From positions 1 to 31,798 of the IMG/VR virus record IMGVR_UViG_3300005804_000113: a stretch of 31,798 bases of DNA, one strand, 5' to 3'. How positions within the stretch are numbered: the first letter of the stretch is position 1; each line of letters opens with the position of its first letter. Under the pieces are notes generated by a model. It made no database searches, had not been told where the DNA came from, and worked only from the letters and a program-made list of their open reading frames with translations. Shown here one piece after another: positions 1-7,686 of the stretch. The translations under genes and the position numbers were made by a program. The DNA is from a virus. Lineage: Duplodnaviria > Caudoviricetes.

Positions 1-184
1 CTTGATCTCCTTCTCGGTTACCCGACTGTTGATTTATGGGTGCTACATTGCTCCCCTCGCACAGGTGGTCAAGTCCTTTACGCTCAATATGATAAGAAAG
101 ATGAAAGATTCTTTGATTGACAGAAAACGGGCATAAGAAGACATTGCAGGCAGCCTACAGACCCTACATAGAATGCCCTCCGAT

Positions 185-223
185 ACGTGGGAACACCGCC
201 CGGTGTCTCCCACGTTTTTTTTT
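185..223 (+). terminator. Rho-independent terminator (probably host-side, immediately outside the prophage end)
   Basis: ACGTGGGA-ACACCG-CC-CGGTGT-C-TCCCACGT stem (185-215, one bulge) followed by a T run to 223. Confidence 0.75.
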
Positions 224-235
224 GTGGAATCCCAT

Positions 236-612
236 TTGAAGTTTCTGTGATAAAAGCTTGAAGAAATGATGATGGTGATTTGAAGAAAGTATGATAAAAG
301 CTTGAAGTTTTCAGTGATCAGATTTGAAGAAACGGTGATGGTATTTGAAGAAATGGTGATAAAAACTACCAGCCCCGAATACCCCTGTTATGACTGGATT
401 TCGCCGATTTGAAGTTTTGGTGATTGGATTTGAAGTTTTCAGTGAGGGTTTATAAGGGTATTATAAACCCTCACCCCAAACTTCAAATGGCACTCACTTG
501 GACAAATGGGGATAAAGTCTTATGTGGTGTGGAGATATGATGGACTATGTTTGGACTTGGACATAGCCTGTTTTGGACGTTTTTGGACGTCTTTTTATCA
601 CTGTTTCTTCAA
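236..612. repeat. Left-end repeat array, putative transposase-binding sites (TTGAAG-N6/7-TGAT)
   Basis: TTGAAG starts at 236, 258, 280, 302, 324, 345 (period 22,22,22,22,21), 409 and 430; inverted copies (CTTCAA) at 481 and 607. Confidence 0.85.
428..488. repeat. Long inverted repeat (28-bp arms, 5-nt loop)
   Basis: GTGAGGGTTTATAA (442-455) is the exact reverse complement of TTATAAACCCTCAC (461-474); pairing extends to 428/488 with 3 mismatches. Confidence 0.9.
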
Positions 613-643
613 ATTTAGGCCGATTTTGGACTGGACTTGGACA
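496..643 (-). repeat. Cluster of (GG)ACTTGGACA / TTGGAC motifs downstream of the repressor gene
   Basis: ACTTGGACA 496-504, TTGGACTTGGACA 551-563, two TTTTGGACG copies at ~571-589, GGACTTGGACA 633-643; reverse complement of the TGTCCAAGTCC motif at 1710-1903. Confidence 0.8.
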
Positions 644-662
644 TCCGAAGGGGTTGCCGAAA

Positions 663-1400
663 TTAGTCGACTTTAAAAAGGCGCAACTGAAGTGACAAAA
701 TCCCGATCAGAAATAATTCCAAACCCTGATCCGGGTCTATAATCTGGACGTTATAGTCCATATTAAATGGCTGTAAAATAATACGACTATTAGCAGGATC
801 GAGCACCACTTTCTTAAGTGTCACACCGTCGGTAGCACGGACTGCGCAAACTCTCCCATCGGCAAATTCCCAGTCGATGCTCTGTTTGATGATCACGATG
901 TCCTCATGCAGAATATTGGGTTCCATGCTATGGCCGTTAACCCTGAAAGCTACGTACTGACTGTCGTTTCCGGGTGCCAGAGTTCTTGGCACCTCTACGG
1001 TCTCGCCTAAATCCCGGCAGTCTACGATGTCCTCTCTCGGCCCCGCGGAAATTTCGCCAGAAATCGGGAGTGTTATTGTACGAGTGTAATCGATTGTAGG
1101 GGATTGGATTAACCCGGTCTTGGTATCGACCATCTTCATCCGCTGTTCCAATTTCTCCTTCATCCACCCATCAAAATCTTGGGTAATCTGGGTAGTTCCT
1201 TCCCCTGTAAGCAGCCAGTTTATGTTCACTCTGGCCTTACAGAGATCAAGCAAAAGTTGGGCTTCCGGGAGACGATCTCCGGACTTGTAGCGTGCCAGCG
1301 AGGCAGTGGAAATACCAAATTTTTCCGCAAACTGGTAGTTCTTTAACCGCATTATTTTTAAGAGTTTTCCCAGTCTCTCACCAATTTCTTTGTCAGGCAT
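663..1400 (-). CDS. Prophage repressor, XRE HTH plus S24 (LexA/cI-type) autopeptidase domain
   Basis: N-terminal HTH (QFAEKFGISTASLARYKSGDRLP, VNINWLLTGEG), Ala-Gly site (ISAGP), catalytic Ser (GHSMEP) and Lys (TLKK); GGAGG RBS upstream. Confidence 0.92.
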   Translation of the reverse strand: MPDKEIGERLGKLLKIMRLKNYQFAEKFGISTASLARYKSGDRLPEAQLLLDLCKARVNINWLLTGEGTTQITQDFDGWMKEKLEQRMKMVDTKTGLIQSPTIDYTRTITLPISGEISAGPREDIVDCRDLGETVEVPRTLAPGNDSQYVAFRVNGHSMEPNILHEDIVIIKQSIDWEFADGRVCAVRATDGVTLKKVVLDPANSRIILQPFNMDYNVQIIDPDQGLELFLIGILSLQLRLFKVD

Positions 1401-1426
1401 TTATCCTCCATAGGGCAACATTCTCA

Positions 1427-1454
1427 TTGACATTCTCCATACGGATTCTATAGT
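1427..1454 (+). promoter_or_regulatory. Rightward early promoter (sigma70-type)
   Basis: TTGACA (1427-1432), 16 bp, TATAGT (1449-1454). Confidence 0.7.
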
Positions 1455-1466
1455 TGTCCTGAGACA

Positions 1467-1494
1467 ATGATAAAAAGCCGTATAGTTGTGTCAA
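1467..1494 (-). promoter_or_regulatory. Leftward repressor promoter (sigma70-type)
   Basis: Minus strand TTGACA (1494-1489), 16 bp, TATCAT (1472-1467). Confidence 0.65.
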
Positions 1495-1709
1495 TGATAA
1501 TTTTCAGGGGGCTCTTATCCCGATGGCATTCGTGCCGGCAAGTTTGAGACCCTTCAGAAAGCTGCCGGAAAAATCCGCCGGACTGCAGAAAGGACTTCAC
1601 AAGATATTGGATGCAAGGTAGTTAGCACCCTGTTAAAACTAACCAGAGAGGTGAAAATGACAGCGAAACAATGCAGAAAATCGAGCTGCGAAGCCTGCCA
1701 AGCGCAGAA

Positions 1710-1903
1710 TGTCCAAGTCCAAAAATATCCGCTCGGACTTGGACAAAACAGCTTCAAGCTCTCACTGCGTATAGCATCCGGGCACAATATCCATTCTTTG
1801 TGCGAAATTGTGTCCAAGTGCTTCGCAAAATGTCCAAGTCCATGTCCATGTCCAAGTCCAAGCGAATGTCCAAGTCCGACGGCTGCAGTTTGTCCAAGTC
1901 CAA
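1710..1903 (+). repeat. TGTCCAAGTCC(A) motif array, putative operator or transposition enhancer
   Basis: Copies at 1710, 1811 (partial), 1831, 1849, 1867, 1891; inverted copy at 1735-1745; tandem WGTCCA x5 at 1831-1860. Confidence 0.85.
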
Positions 1904-1938
1904 TTACAGGAAATCGGATCTCATGGGAAGGATATGAA

Positions 1939-2259
1939 ATGGAGAGAGACTTTACGATGATCTGGCTGCCCCTTGCGAGGGTGGCCGAACTGACAGGCAA
2001 GTCGGTTAAGACGATTCGCAGGATGGTGAAAGACGGTGATCTGGTCGCAGTTAAGCGAATTGTGCCCAGTGGGAAGAGCCATACAACCAAGACCTTTGTC
2101 CTGGCGATAGATGAGCTCCTCGATATGGAGATCGCCGACTGCAAGAATAAGAACCAACAGGGAGTCTGCCTGGATCGGGAGCGCATGTACATGGGCTCAG
2201 ATCTGCGGGACAGCCTGTTTATCACGTCATATATTAAGGTAGGCAAGAAGGAGGAATGA
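1939..2259 (+). CDS. Small HTH DNA-binding protein (MerR/excisionase-like wHTH), in the Ner position; possible longer form from ATG 1657
   Basis: WLPLARVAELTGKSVKTIRRMVKDG HTH; GGAAGGA RBS before ATG 1939; stop overlaps transposase start (ATGA). Confidence 0.75.
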   Translation: MERDFTMIWLPLARVAELTGKSVKTIRRMVKDGDLVAVKRIVPSGKSHTTKTFVLAIDELLDMEIADCKNKNQQGVCLDRERMYMGSDLRDSLFITSYIKVGKKEE

Positions 2260-4307
2260 TGCAGACCTTGGAAGAGATCATCGGGCAGTATAACAGAGCG
2301 GAGTATGACGCTGACTGCCGGAGGATAGCCGAACTGATCAAGTCCGGAGTCCCAATCAAGTTCACTAAGTATGACTCGGGAACATCAAAAACTATCCATA
2401 CGGAGAATAAACGAGCCAAATCCAAAAAATCTGCTCGAATTGAACCTGTAGAAGCTACGATCCCGATTGAATCGCCAGAGGCTCCCTTATATAAGGAAGA
2501 GAAGCCGCTGATCAATATGGAGGTCGAAGCGAAGGAACTGCTCAGCTTCATGGGTGAGGCTCAACTCTACGCTCAATTCTGCGAGACGGTATTAGATAGA
2601 CTGGAGACTGCTGAGTCCCGGATCGAGACTTGGAAGCAGATCGCAGACGAATACAACAGTGGCTACCTGATTCCGGAGCTCTATCAAATGAAGGGAAAAC
2701 GAACCGAACGCTCCCTGCGGAAGTGGATAGACCTCTATCTCGAAAACAAGCGGGATATGTTCGCTCTGATCCATAAAGCTAAACGAGAGATGCGAGGTCG
2801 GAAGGTAACATTCCTGGAGCAGAGCTTCCTCAAGAAGATACTGCTCAGTCCTCAGAAGGTTAAGATATATACCGCAGTTAAGACGCTTAAGTCCTACGCA
2901 CGCATGGGAGCCTTGGAATCGCCCAGTTCGCTTCCTACGCTGGTACGCTGGTGCCAGGATTATAAGATTAACAACAAGGCGATCTGGACTCAAGCCAGAC
3001 TGGGTAGTAAAGCAGTGGCTGAGGATATCGTGAAGACCATTTACCGGGACAATAAACTACTTAGCGTGGGCGATGTCTGGGTAGCGGATGGACATACCCT
3101 CGCCTTCGATATCGTCAATCCCAAGACCGGGAAAGCCCAACGCATGACCATGATCATGGTGATGGACTGGGCTTCGAGATACCCGGTGGGAGCGGCACTC
3201 GCCTATACCGAGGACAGCCAGCATATTCAGATGGCCTTCCGCAATGCCTTCCTTAACTGGGGAGCAGTGCCCAAGTACGTCTATCTCGATAACGGCAAAG
3301 CCTTCAGATCTAAGCTGTTCAATGAGAAGTGGCAGGAGCATGACCTCTCCAGCGACCTGGCAGGTATCTTCCCCAGGCTGGGGATTAAAGTGGCCTTCGC
3401 AGAAAGCTATAATGCCAAAGCCAAGATCATCGAGAGATTCTTCAAGACCTTCCAAGAGCAGTTTGAACGCTTCATAGTCAGCTTCCGGGGTGCCTGCATC
3501 GATGATAAGCCTGCCACTCTGATGCGTAACGAGAAGTGGGCAAAGAAGATGTTCGAAGGCAAGCCGCCAACCTTGGAGGAAGCCATGCAAATGATCGGCT
3601 TCTATGTAAGGCATATCTACGGAGAGAACCCGCACGGGGGATTGAATGACCGCCTACCTTTTGAGGTATTCAGTTCCGCACCTGTACCTGAGGAGCGCAG
3701 AGTAAAGTCACGCAGACTCAACTTCCTGATGATGTCCGCAGTGCGTAAGACGCTCCGTAACAATGGCATCACCCTGAATAAGCTGATGTACTGGGATACG
3801 GCCTTGATGGAGCATATCGGTAAAGAAGTGGTGATCAGATACGATCTGGCGGATCTGAGGTGGATCGCAGTCTATGACATGCAAGACAACTTCATCTGCC
3901 AGGCTGAGGTCCGCAGGCCGGTCGATCCCTTCATTCATCTGAATATGGATGATCCGATCTCCCACTCGGAGTTCACAAAGGAATACAAATCGATCAAGCG
4001 GCATCAGCGACAGATCGCCAAGCGCACCAAGATGGTGATCAAAGCATCACAGGAAGCGGTTCAGAGACTGATGAAGCCCCTGCCGGCTCTTGAGAGCAAT
4101 CCCACCTTTGAACAGGCTCCCATCCTGACCCAACCCAGCCATGCCTCGGAAGAGATGATGCAGCAGTTGGAACAGCAGGTAATCAAGCAGATACCTCTGC
4201 AGGATGAGCAACCCAAACAAGCAGAAACAACCGTGCTCGAGAACGGGCAGATTAAACCTAAAGAAAAGAGCTTCGAAGAGATGCTCGAGTTTATAGGAAT
4301 CAAATAG
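2256..4307 (+). CDS. Mu-like DDE transposase (MuA family)
   Basis: Catalytic triad motifs VWVADGH, VYLDNGKAF, AKIIERFF; C-terminal Mu-transposase beta-barrel (VVIRYDLADLRWIAVYD); GGAGG RBS. Confidence 0.95.
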   Translation: MMQTLEEIIGQYNRAEYDADCRRIAELIKSGVPIKFTKYDSGTSKTIHTENKRAKSKKSARIEPVEATIPIESPEAPLYKEEKPLINMEVEAKELLSFMGEAQLYAQFCETVLDRLETAESRIETWKQIADEYNSGYLIPELYQMKGKRTERSLRKWIDLYLENKRDMFALIHKAKREMRGRKVTFLEQSFLKKILLSPQKVKIYTAVKTLKSYARMGALESPSSLPTLVRWCQDYKINNKAIWTQARLGSKAVAEDIVKTIYRDNKLLSVGDVWVADGHTLAFDIVNPKTGKAQRMTMIMVMDWASRYPVGAALAYTEDSQHIQMAFRNAFLNWGAVPKYVYLDNGKAFRSKLFNEKWQEHDLSSDLAGIFPRLGIKVAFAESYNAKAKIIERFFKTFQEQFERFIVSFRGACIDDKPATLMRNEKWAKKMFEGKPPTLEEAMQMIGFYVRHIYGENPHGGLNDRLPFEVFSSAPVPEERRVKSRRLNFLMMSAVRKTLRNNGITLNKLMYWDTALMEHIGKEVVIRYDLADLRWIAVYDMQDNFICQAEVRRPVDPFIHLNMDDPISHSEFTKEYKSIKRHQRQIAKRTKMVIKASQEAVQRLMKPLPALESNPTFEQAPILTQPSHASEEMMQQLEQQVIKQIPLQDEQPKQAETTVLENGQIKPKEKSFEEMLEFIGIK

Positions 4308-4315
4308 GAGGAAAA

Positions 4316-5032
4316 GTGAAAGCCAACAAGCTTGTAATGATCAGCAACGTAGTGGAAGCGGATCAGTGTGTTCAATACCTGTTACGCAGGCCAAAAACTG
4401 AAATGGTGGGTCTTGGGATGATCTATGGACGTCCCGGCCTTGGCAAGACCACTTATGCCCAACGCATCGCCTTTCAACGGAACTACATCTACCTGAGATT
4501 GGAGTCGATGACCACACCCAAGGCGTTCTCGACCATGCTCTTAACTGCCTTGTACCGCAAGTTCGATCTCGGCAACTTTATCCCGACCGGATCAACCAAC
4601 AACCTCTTCAAACTCTGTATGCAGATCTTGGATGAGCACCCCGATACGGTGCTTATCATCGATGAGATCGACTATGCCTACAAGCTCGATAAGGTACTGG
4701 GAGCCATCCGGGACATCGTGGATCAGACTCTGACCATCATCATCCTGGTGGGTATGCAGAATGCCAAGGATCGTCTCTCACAGATAAGCGAACACTACTT
4801 CGACCGCTGTAACGCCTTCTATCAGTTCAAACCGCCCACCAAGACAGACCTGCGATTAATCGCCGATGAGGTCTTAGACGTCAAAGTGGATGCCGCTACC
4901 ATCGACAGAATCTTCGAGTATTCCAAAGGCAGCCTCAGGCGAGCCATCAAGATGCTGCACGGTCATGAGAACGGTAACTTGGACCTAACCCATGACATGA
5001 TTAACGAACCGGATCAGGATGAAGCGCAATGA
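4316..5032 (+). CDS. Transposition AAA+ ATPase (MuB/TniB-like)
   Basis: Walker A GRPGLGKT, Walker B LIIDEID, IILVGM sensor region; GTG start after GGAGG; directly follows transposase. Confidence 0.92.
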   Translation: MKANKLVMISNVVEADQCVQYLLRRPKTEMVGLGMIYGRPGLGKTTYAQRIAFQRNYIYLRLESMTTPKAFSTMLLTALYRKFDLGNFIPTGSTNNLFKLCMQILDEHPDTVLIIDEIDYAYKLDKVLGAIRDIVDQTLTIIILVGMQNAKDRLSQISEHYFDRCNAFYQFKPPTKTDLRLIADEVLDVKVDAATIDRIFEYSKGSLRRAIKMLHGHENGNLDLTHDMINEPDQDEAQ

Positions 5033-5721
5033 CCGTCAAAGACTTGGTAAACAACTTCGTGAGTCAGTTCAACAGGCCCTTTGATCTTGATATGATCTCT
5101 AACATGATCGATAGAAAACCCGATGAGGTCAAGGACGTGCTTGTTGAACTGCTAACCACCGAGCAGATCAGATTGGTCGATCCGGAGCAGGGCATCTATG
5201 TAAGGAATAACAGGTATTTTGCAAGAGTATGTTACCATCAGAAAAGCTATTGGCGCTTCGATCCACAAGATGCCTTAGGACTCCTCGATCTGATTGAGAG
5301 TGGGAGTTACAAGTCCATCAGATCTATAGCAAAGGTAGCCAACAGAAGTCACCAATGGATCTATGTCTATCTGGAAGCCCTGGCATCGTTAGGCTGTATC
5401 AGCTTGGTTAAAAACCGCTATACAGTGATCAGCAGAGAGAACATCAAGGATATTGGAAAGCAAGTACAACCTGGCATCCTCGGGATCATGCGTGCTGAGT
5501 ACAACAATGAAGTGCGTGCAAAACAGGAAAAAGAGAAAGCACGGAAACAAAAGATTTCCCAAGCCAAGAAAGATGAACGTGATCGAAAGCAAAAGCTGAT
5601 CCTGGAAGAGCAAGCCAGGAAAGAAGCATTTGTTAAGGCTTGGAATGACTATCTGGTGTCAGGCAAAGCTGTTTATCTCAGCTTTGATGAGTATTTGAAG
5701 AACTGCAACACAAGTAAATAA
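5029..5721 (+). CDS. Hypothetical early protein, probable winged-helix DNA-binding protein with charged coiled-coil tail
   Basis: ATGA-coupled to ATPase; SIRSIAKVANRSHQWIYVYLEALASLG looks like a wHTH; K/E/R-rich C-terminus. Confidence 0.65.
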   Translation: MTVKDLVNNFVSQFNRPFDLDMISNMIDRKPDEVKDVLVELLTTEQIRLVDPEQGIYVRNNRYFARVCYHQKSYWRFDPQDALGLLDLIESGSYKSIRSIAKVANRSHQWIYVYLEALASLGCISLVKNRYTVISRENIKDIGKQVQPGILGIMRAEYNNEVRAKQEKEKARKQKISQAKKDERDRKQKLILEEQARKEAFVKAWNDYLVSGKAVYLSFDEYLKNCNTSK

Positions 5722-5737
5722 AGTAGGGGAGCATTCT

Positions 5738-6175
5738 ATGGATCAGGAACTGAGAGAACGAAAACTACGCCAACAAATCCATGCCATCCGGGTCAAGAAG
5801 TTCCACTGGCCGCTTGATGCATTCAAGTTCATCATGAATGGCATGGGCTATGGCGATTCACTCAGAGCCCTATCCGAAGATAAACTGCTCGAGTTCAAGG
5901 CTATCATGCTCAAGTACCGCAGGCATGGCCGTCCTCTTGAATACAACTACGATAAACAGGGCAAGTACATGCATGCCCTGATGAAGCAAGCCGGTTGGAC
6001 CGAGTCCCAACTGAGGGCATTTACGATAAGCCACTTTTCCAAAAGCCACTGGAACCTGCTCAACAAGAAGGAGCGCAGAGCGGTCATCGCCATGTTCCAG
6101 TCCTACATCAAAAAACAAGAGATCAATCAATTACCGAATAAACAATGCGATCCTAAGGAGGATTCAAATGAGTAA
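5738..6175 (+). CDS. Mu gp16/GemA-like protein
   Basis: QQIHAIRVK...GDSLRALSEDKL and closing LNKKERRAVIAMF pattern typical of GemA/DUF1018; position in early operon. Confidence 0.6.
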   Translation: MDQELRERKLRQQIHAIRVKKFHWPLDAFKFIMNGMGYGDSLRALSEDKLLEFKAIMLKYRRHGRPLEYNYDKQGKYMHALMKQAGWTESQLRAFTISHFSKSHWNLLNKKERRAVIAMFQSYIKKQEINQLPNKQCDPKEDSNE

Positions 6176-6779
6176 AGCGAGCAAGCAAGTCAAAGAACGC
6201 ACCTTAACCGATGCTCAAGGTAGGGAAATCCCTGTGAAGGTGCTGCACACCGAAATAGTGGAAAAGGACGCCGCAGTCAAGAAAGCGATGGACTGCGCAC
6301 TCAAACTGCAAGAACGTATTCTCTCCGACAAACAGAAAATGATCCAGATCATCGAGAACTATCTGAACGACGCTGCTCGCAGAAATGGCCTCGAATGGAA
6401 GGGCAATGCCCTGCTCATCAGCTTCGATGAGAAGTATCGCATCGAGATGCGCTTCCGGGAGAAGATTCAGTTCGGCATTGAGCTGCAACTCGCCAAACAG
6501 AAGATAGACGAGTGCATCAAAGCCTGGTCTGCCGACTCGAGTGACAATCTCAAGGCTATCATCAATGAAGCCTTCCAAGTCGATAAGCGTGGGCAATTGG
6601 CACGTTATCGCATCTTCGCTCTTCGCAGATACAAGATCAAAGACCCGGTCTGGAAGGAAGCTATGGAACTGATCGACAAGGCCATCTTGGTGACTTCCAC
6701 CAAGCAGTACATCTCTTTCGCAGTGAGAGACGAGGCCGGTAACTACAACCGCATAGTGCTGAACTTCAGTGCCCTTTGA
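6168..6779 (+). CDS. DUF3164-like Mu-prophage protein
   Basis: LTDAQGREIP, IQFGIELQLAKQKIDECI, AFQVDKRG, WKEAMELI..A motifs characteristic of this transposable-phage family. Confidence 0.8.
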   Translation: MSKASKQVKERTLTDAQGREIPVKVLHTEIVEKDAAVKKAMDCALKLQERILSDKQKMIQIIENYLNDAARRNGLEWKGNALLISFDEKYRIEMRFREKIQFGIELQLAKQKIDECIKAWSADSSDNLKAIINEAFQVDKRGQLARYRIFALRRYKIKDPVWKEAMELIDKAILVTSTKQYISFAVRDEAGNYNRIVLNFSAL

Positions 6780-6781
6780 TA

Positions 6782-6834
6782 CTGTATCATCCTTATACAT
6801 CCTGATTTGATAACAGTAAGGGAGTTGAAATAAT
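6782..6834 (+). promoter_or_regulatory. Putative activator-dependent late promoter 1 (CATCCT-N4-CATCCT box)
   Basis: CATCCTTATACATCCTGATTTG 6788-6809 overlapping TTGATA (6807-6812), 16 bp, AATAAT (6829-6834). Confidence 0.6.
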
Positions 6835-6868
6835 GGCATCAGTAAATATGAATGCGGCAGAGGAGACA

Positions 6869-7078
6869 ATGAGCATATTCAGTAATGATCGAAACTATAG
6901 GCCTGATGAAGTAGCTTCCACGCTCCGGGTCAGCCGTAATACGGTATATCGCTGGATCAGGGATATACTCGATCCTCTGCCTGCCTTTCGAACCAAAGAT
7001 AACGGACAGCTTCGCTGTGCCGGAAAAGACTTGAATGACTACTTAATGAAACACAAGGTACGCCCTGAATATGAGTAA
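6869..7078 (+). CDS. Excisionase-family HTH DNA-binding protein
   Basis: YRPDEVASTLRVSRNTVYRWIR; GAGGAG RBS before ATG 6869 (alternative start 6833). Confidence 0.8.
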   Translation: MSIFSNDRNYRPDEVASTLRVSRNTVYRWIRDILDPLPAFRTKDNGQLRCAGKDLNDYLMKHKVRPEYE

Positions 7079-7520
7079 CGCACTGGAGTTTCGCATAAAG
7101 CGGGACAACTGCAAAGAAGCCTATCTTAACGGCAAGACAGAACCCACTGAGCTGGCGGTGATCTTCGGTGTTTCCGATATCACCGTCCGCAAGTGGATCA
7201 AGTCCGGCAAGTGGGATGAGATGTTCAAGGAAGAGCGCAAGCTCGACCATGAGATCAGCTTAGCCCGCAAAAAGGCACTCATCCAGGCACTTAGAGAATA
7301 TGCCAAGAATCCTGCCGATACCGCTCTGCAGAGCCTCGTAAGCTTGATCAAACAGAACCAGAAGGACTCCGAGCCATCCAAGGAACTGAACGACTATATC
7401 GTGCGTTTCCTGGATCAGGTGACCGACTACATGATCGAGAAAGGACACGAGACTTTGCTTAAGCAGTTCCAAGGCGTTGTCCTTGATCTTGCAGAATACT
7501 TAAGAGTTAGAAATGGATAG
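7071..7520 (+). CDS. Putative terminase small subunit (DUF1804-like, N-terminal HTH)
   Basis: ELAVIFGVSDITVRKWIKSGKWD HTH followed by helical region; located just upstream of TerL. Confidence 0.65.
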   Translation: MSNALEFRIKRDNCKEAYLNGKTEPTELAVIFGVSDITVRKWIKSGKWDEMFKEERKLDHEISLARKKALIQALREYAKNPADTALQSLVSLIKQNQKDSEPSKELNDYIVRFLDQVTDYMIEKGHETLLKQFQGVVLDLAEYLRVRNG

Positions 7521-7686
7521 AATTACAGCCACGGACATGGTTACCTCCAAACATACATCCATACCCATCCTGCCTACCCTCCAAAGAGTGGAGCTGCTTC
7601 CTCCTGCTCCACGACATCCTGCCTGCCTGACAGCGGAGCCGATCCCCTCGGCTCTGCTGATCCTTCCGGAAACCGGTTATGCCTAA
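7513..7686 (+). CDS. Possible 57-aa Pro-rich ORF (not in the ORF track)
   Basis: ATG 7513 to TAA 7686, MDRITATDMVTSKH...LPETGYA; overlaps both neighbours by 8 nt. Confidence 0.3.
   Translation: MDRITATDMVTSKHTSIPILPTLQRVELLPPAPRHPACLTAEPIPSALLILPETGYA

Noticed and set aside
236-446. CRISPR array or plasmid iterons
   Set aside because: Units are ~22 bp head-to-tail with no unique spacers; no cas or rep gene; position at a TG end near a transposase fits end-binding sites.
428-488. Protelomerase (telRL-like) site
   Set aside because: The palindrome has an unpaired loop and no protelomerase or tyrosine recombinase is encoded in the window.
1554-2246. 230-aa minus-strand ORF with LGHGHGLGH repeats
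   Set aside because: Shadow of the GTCCAA repeat array and the HTH gene; no recognisable domain.
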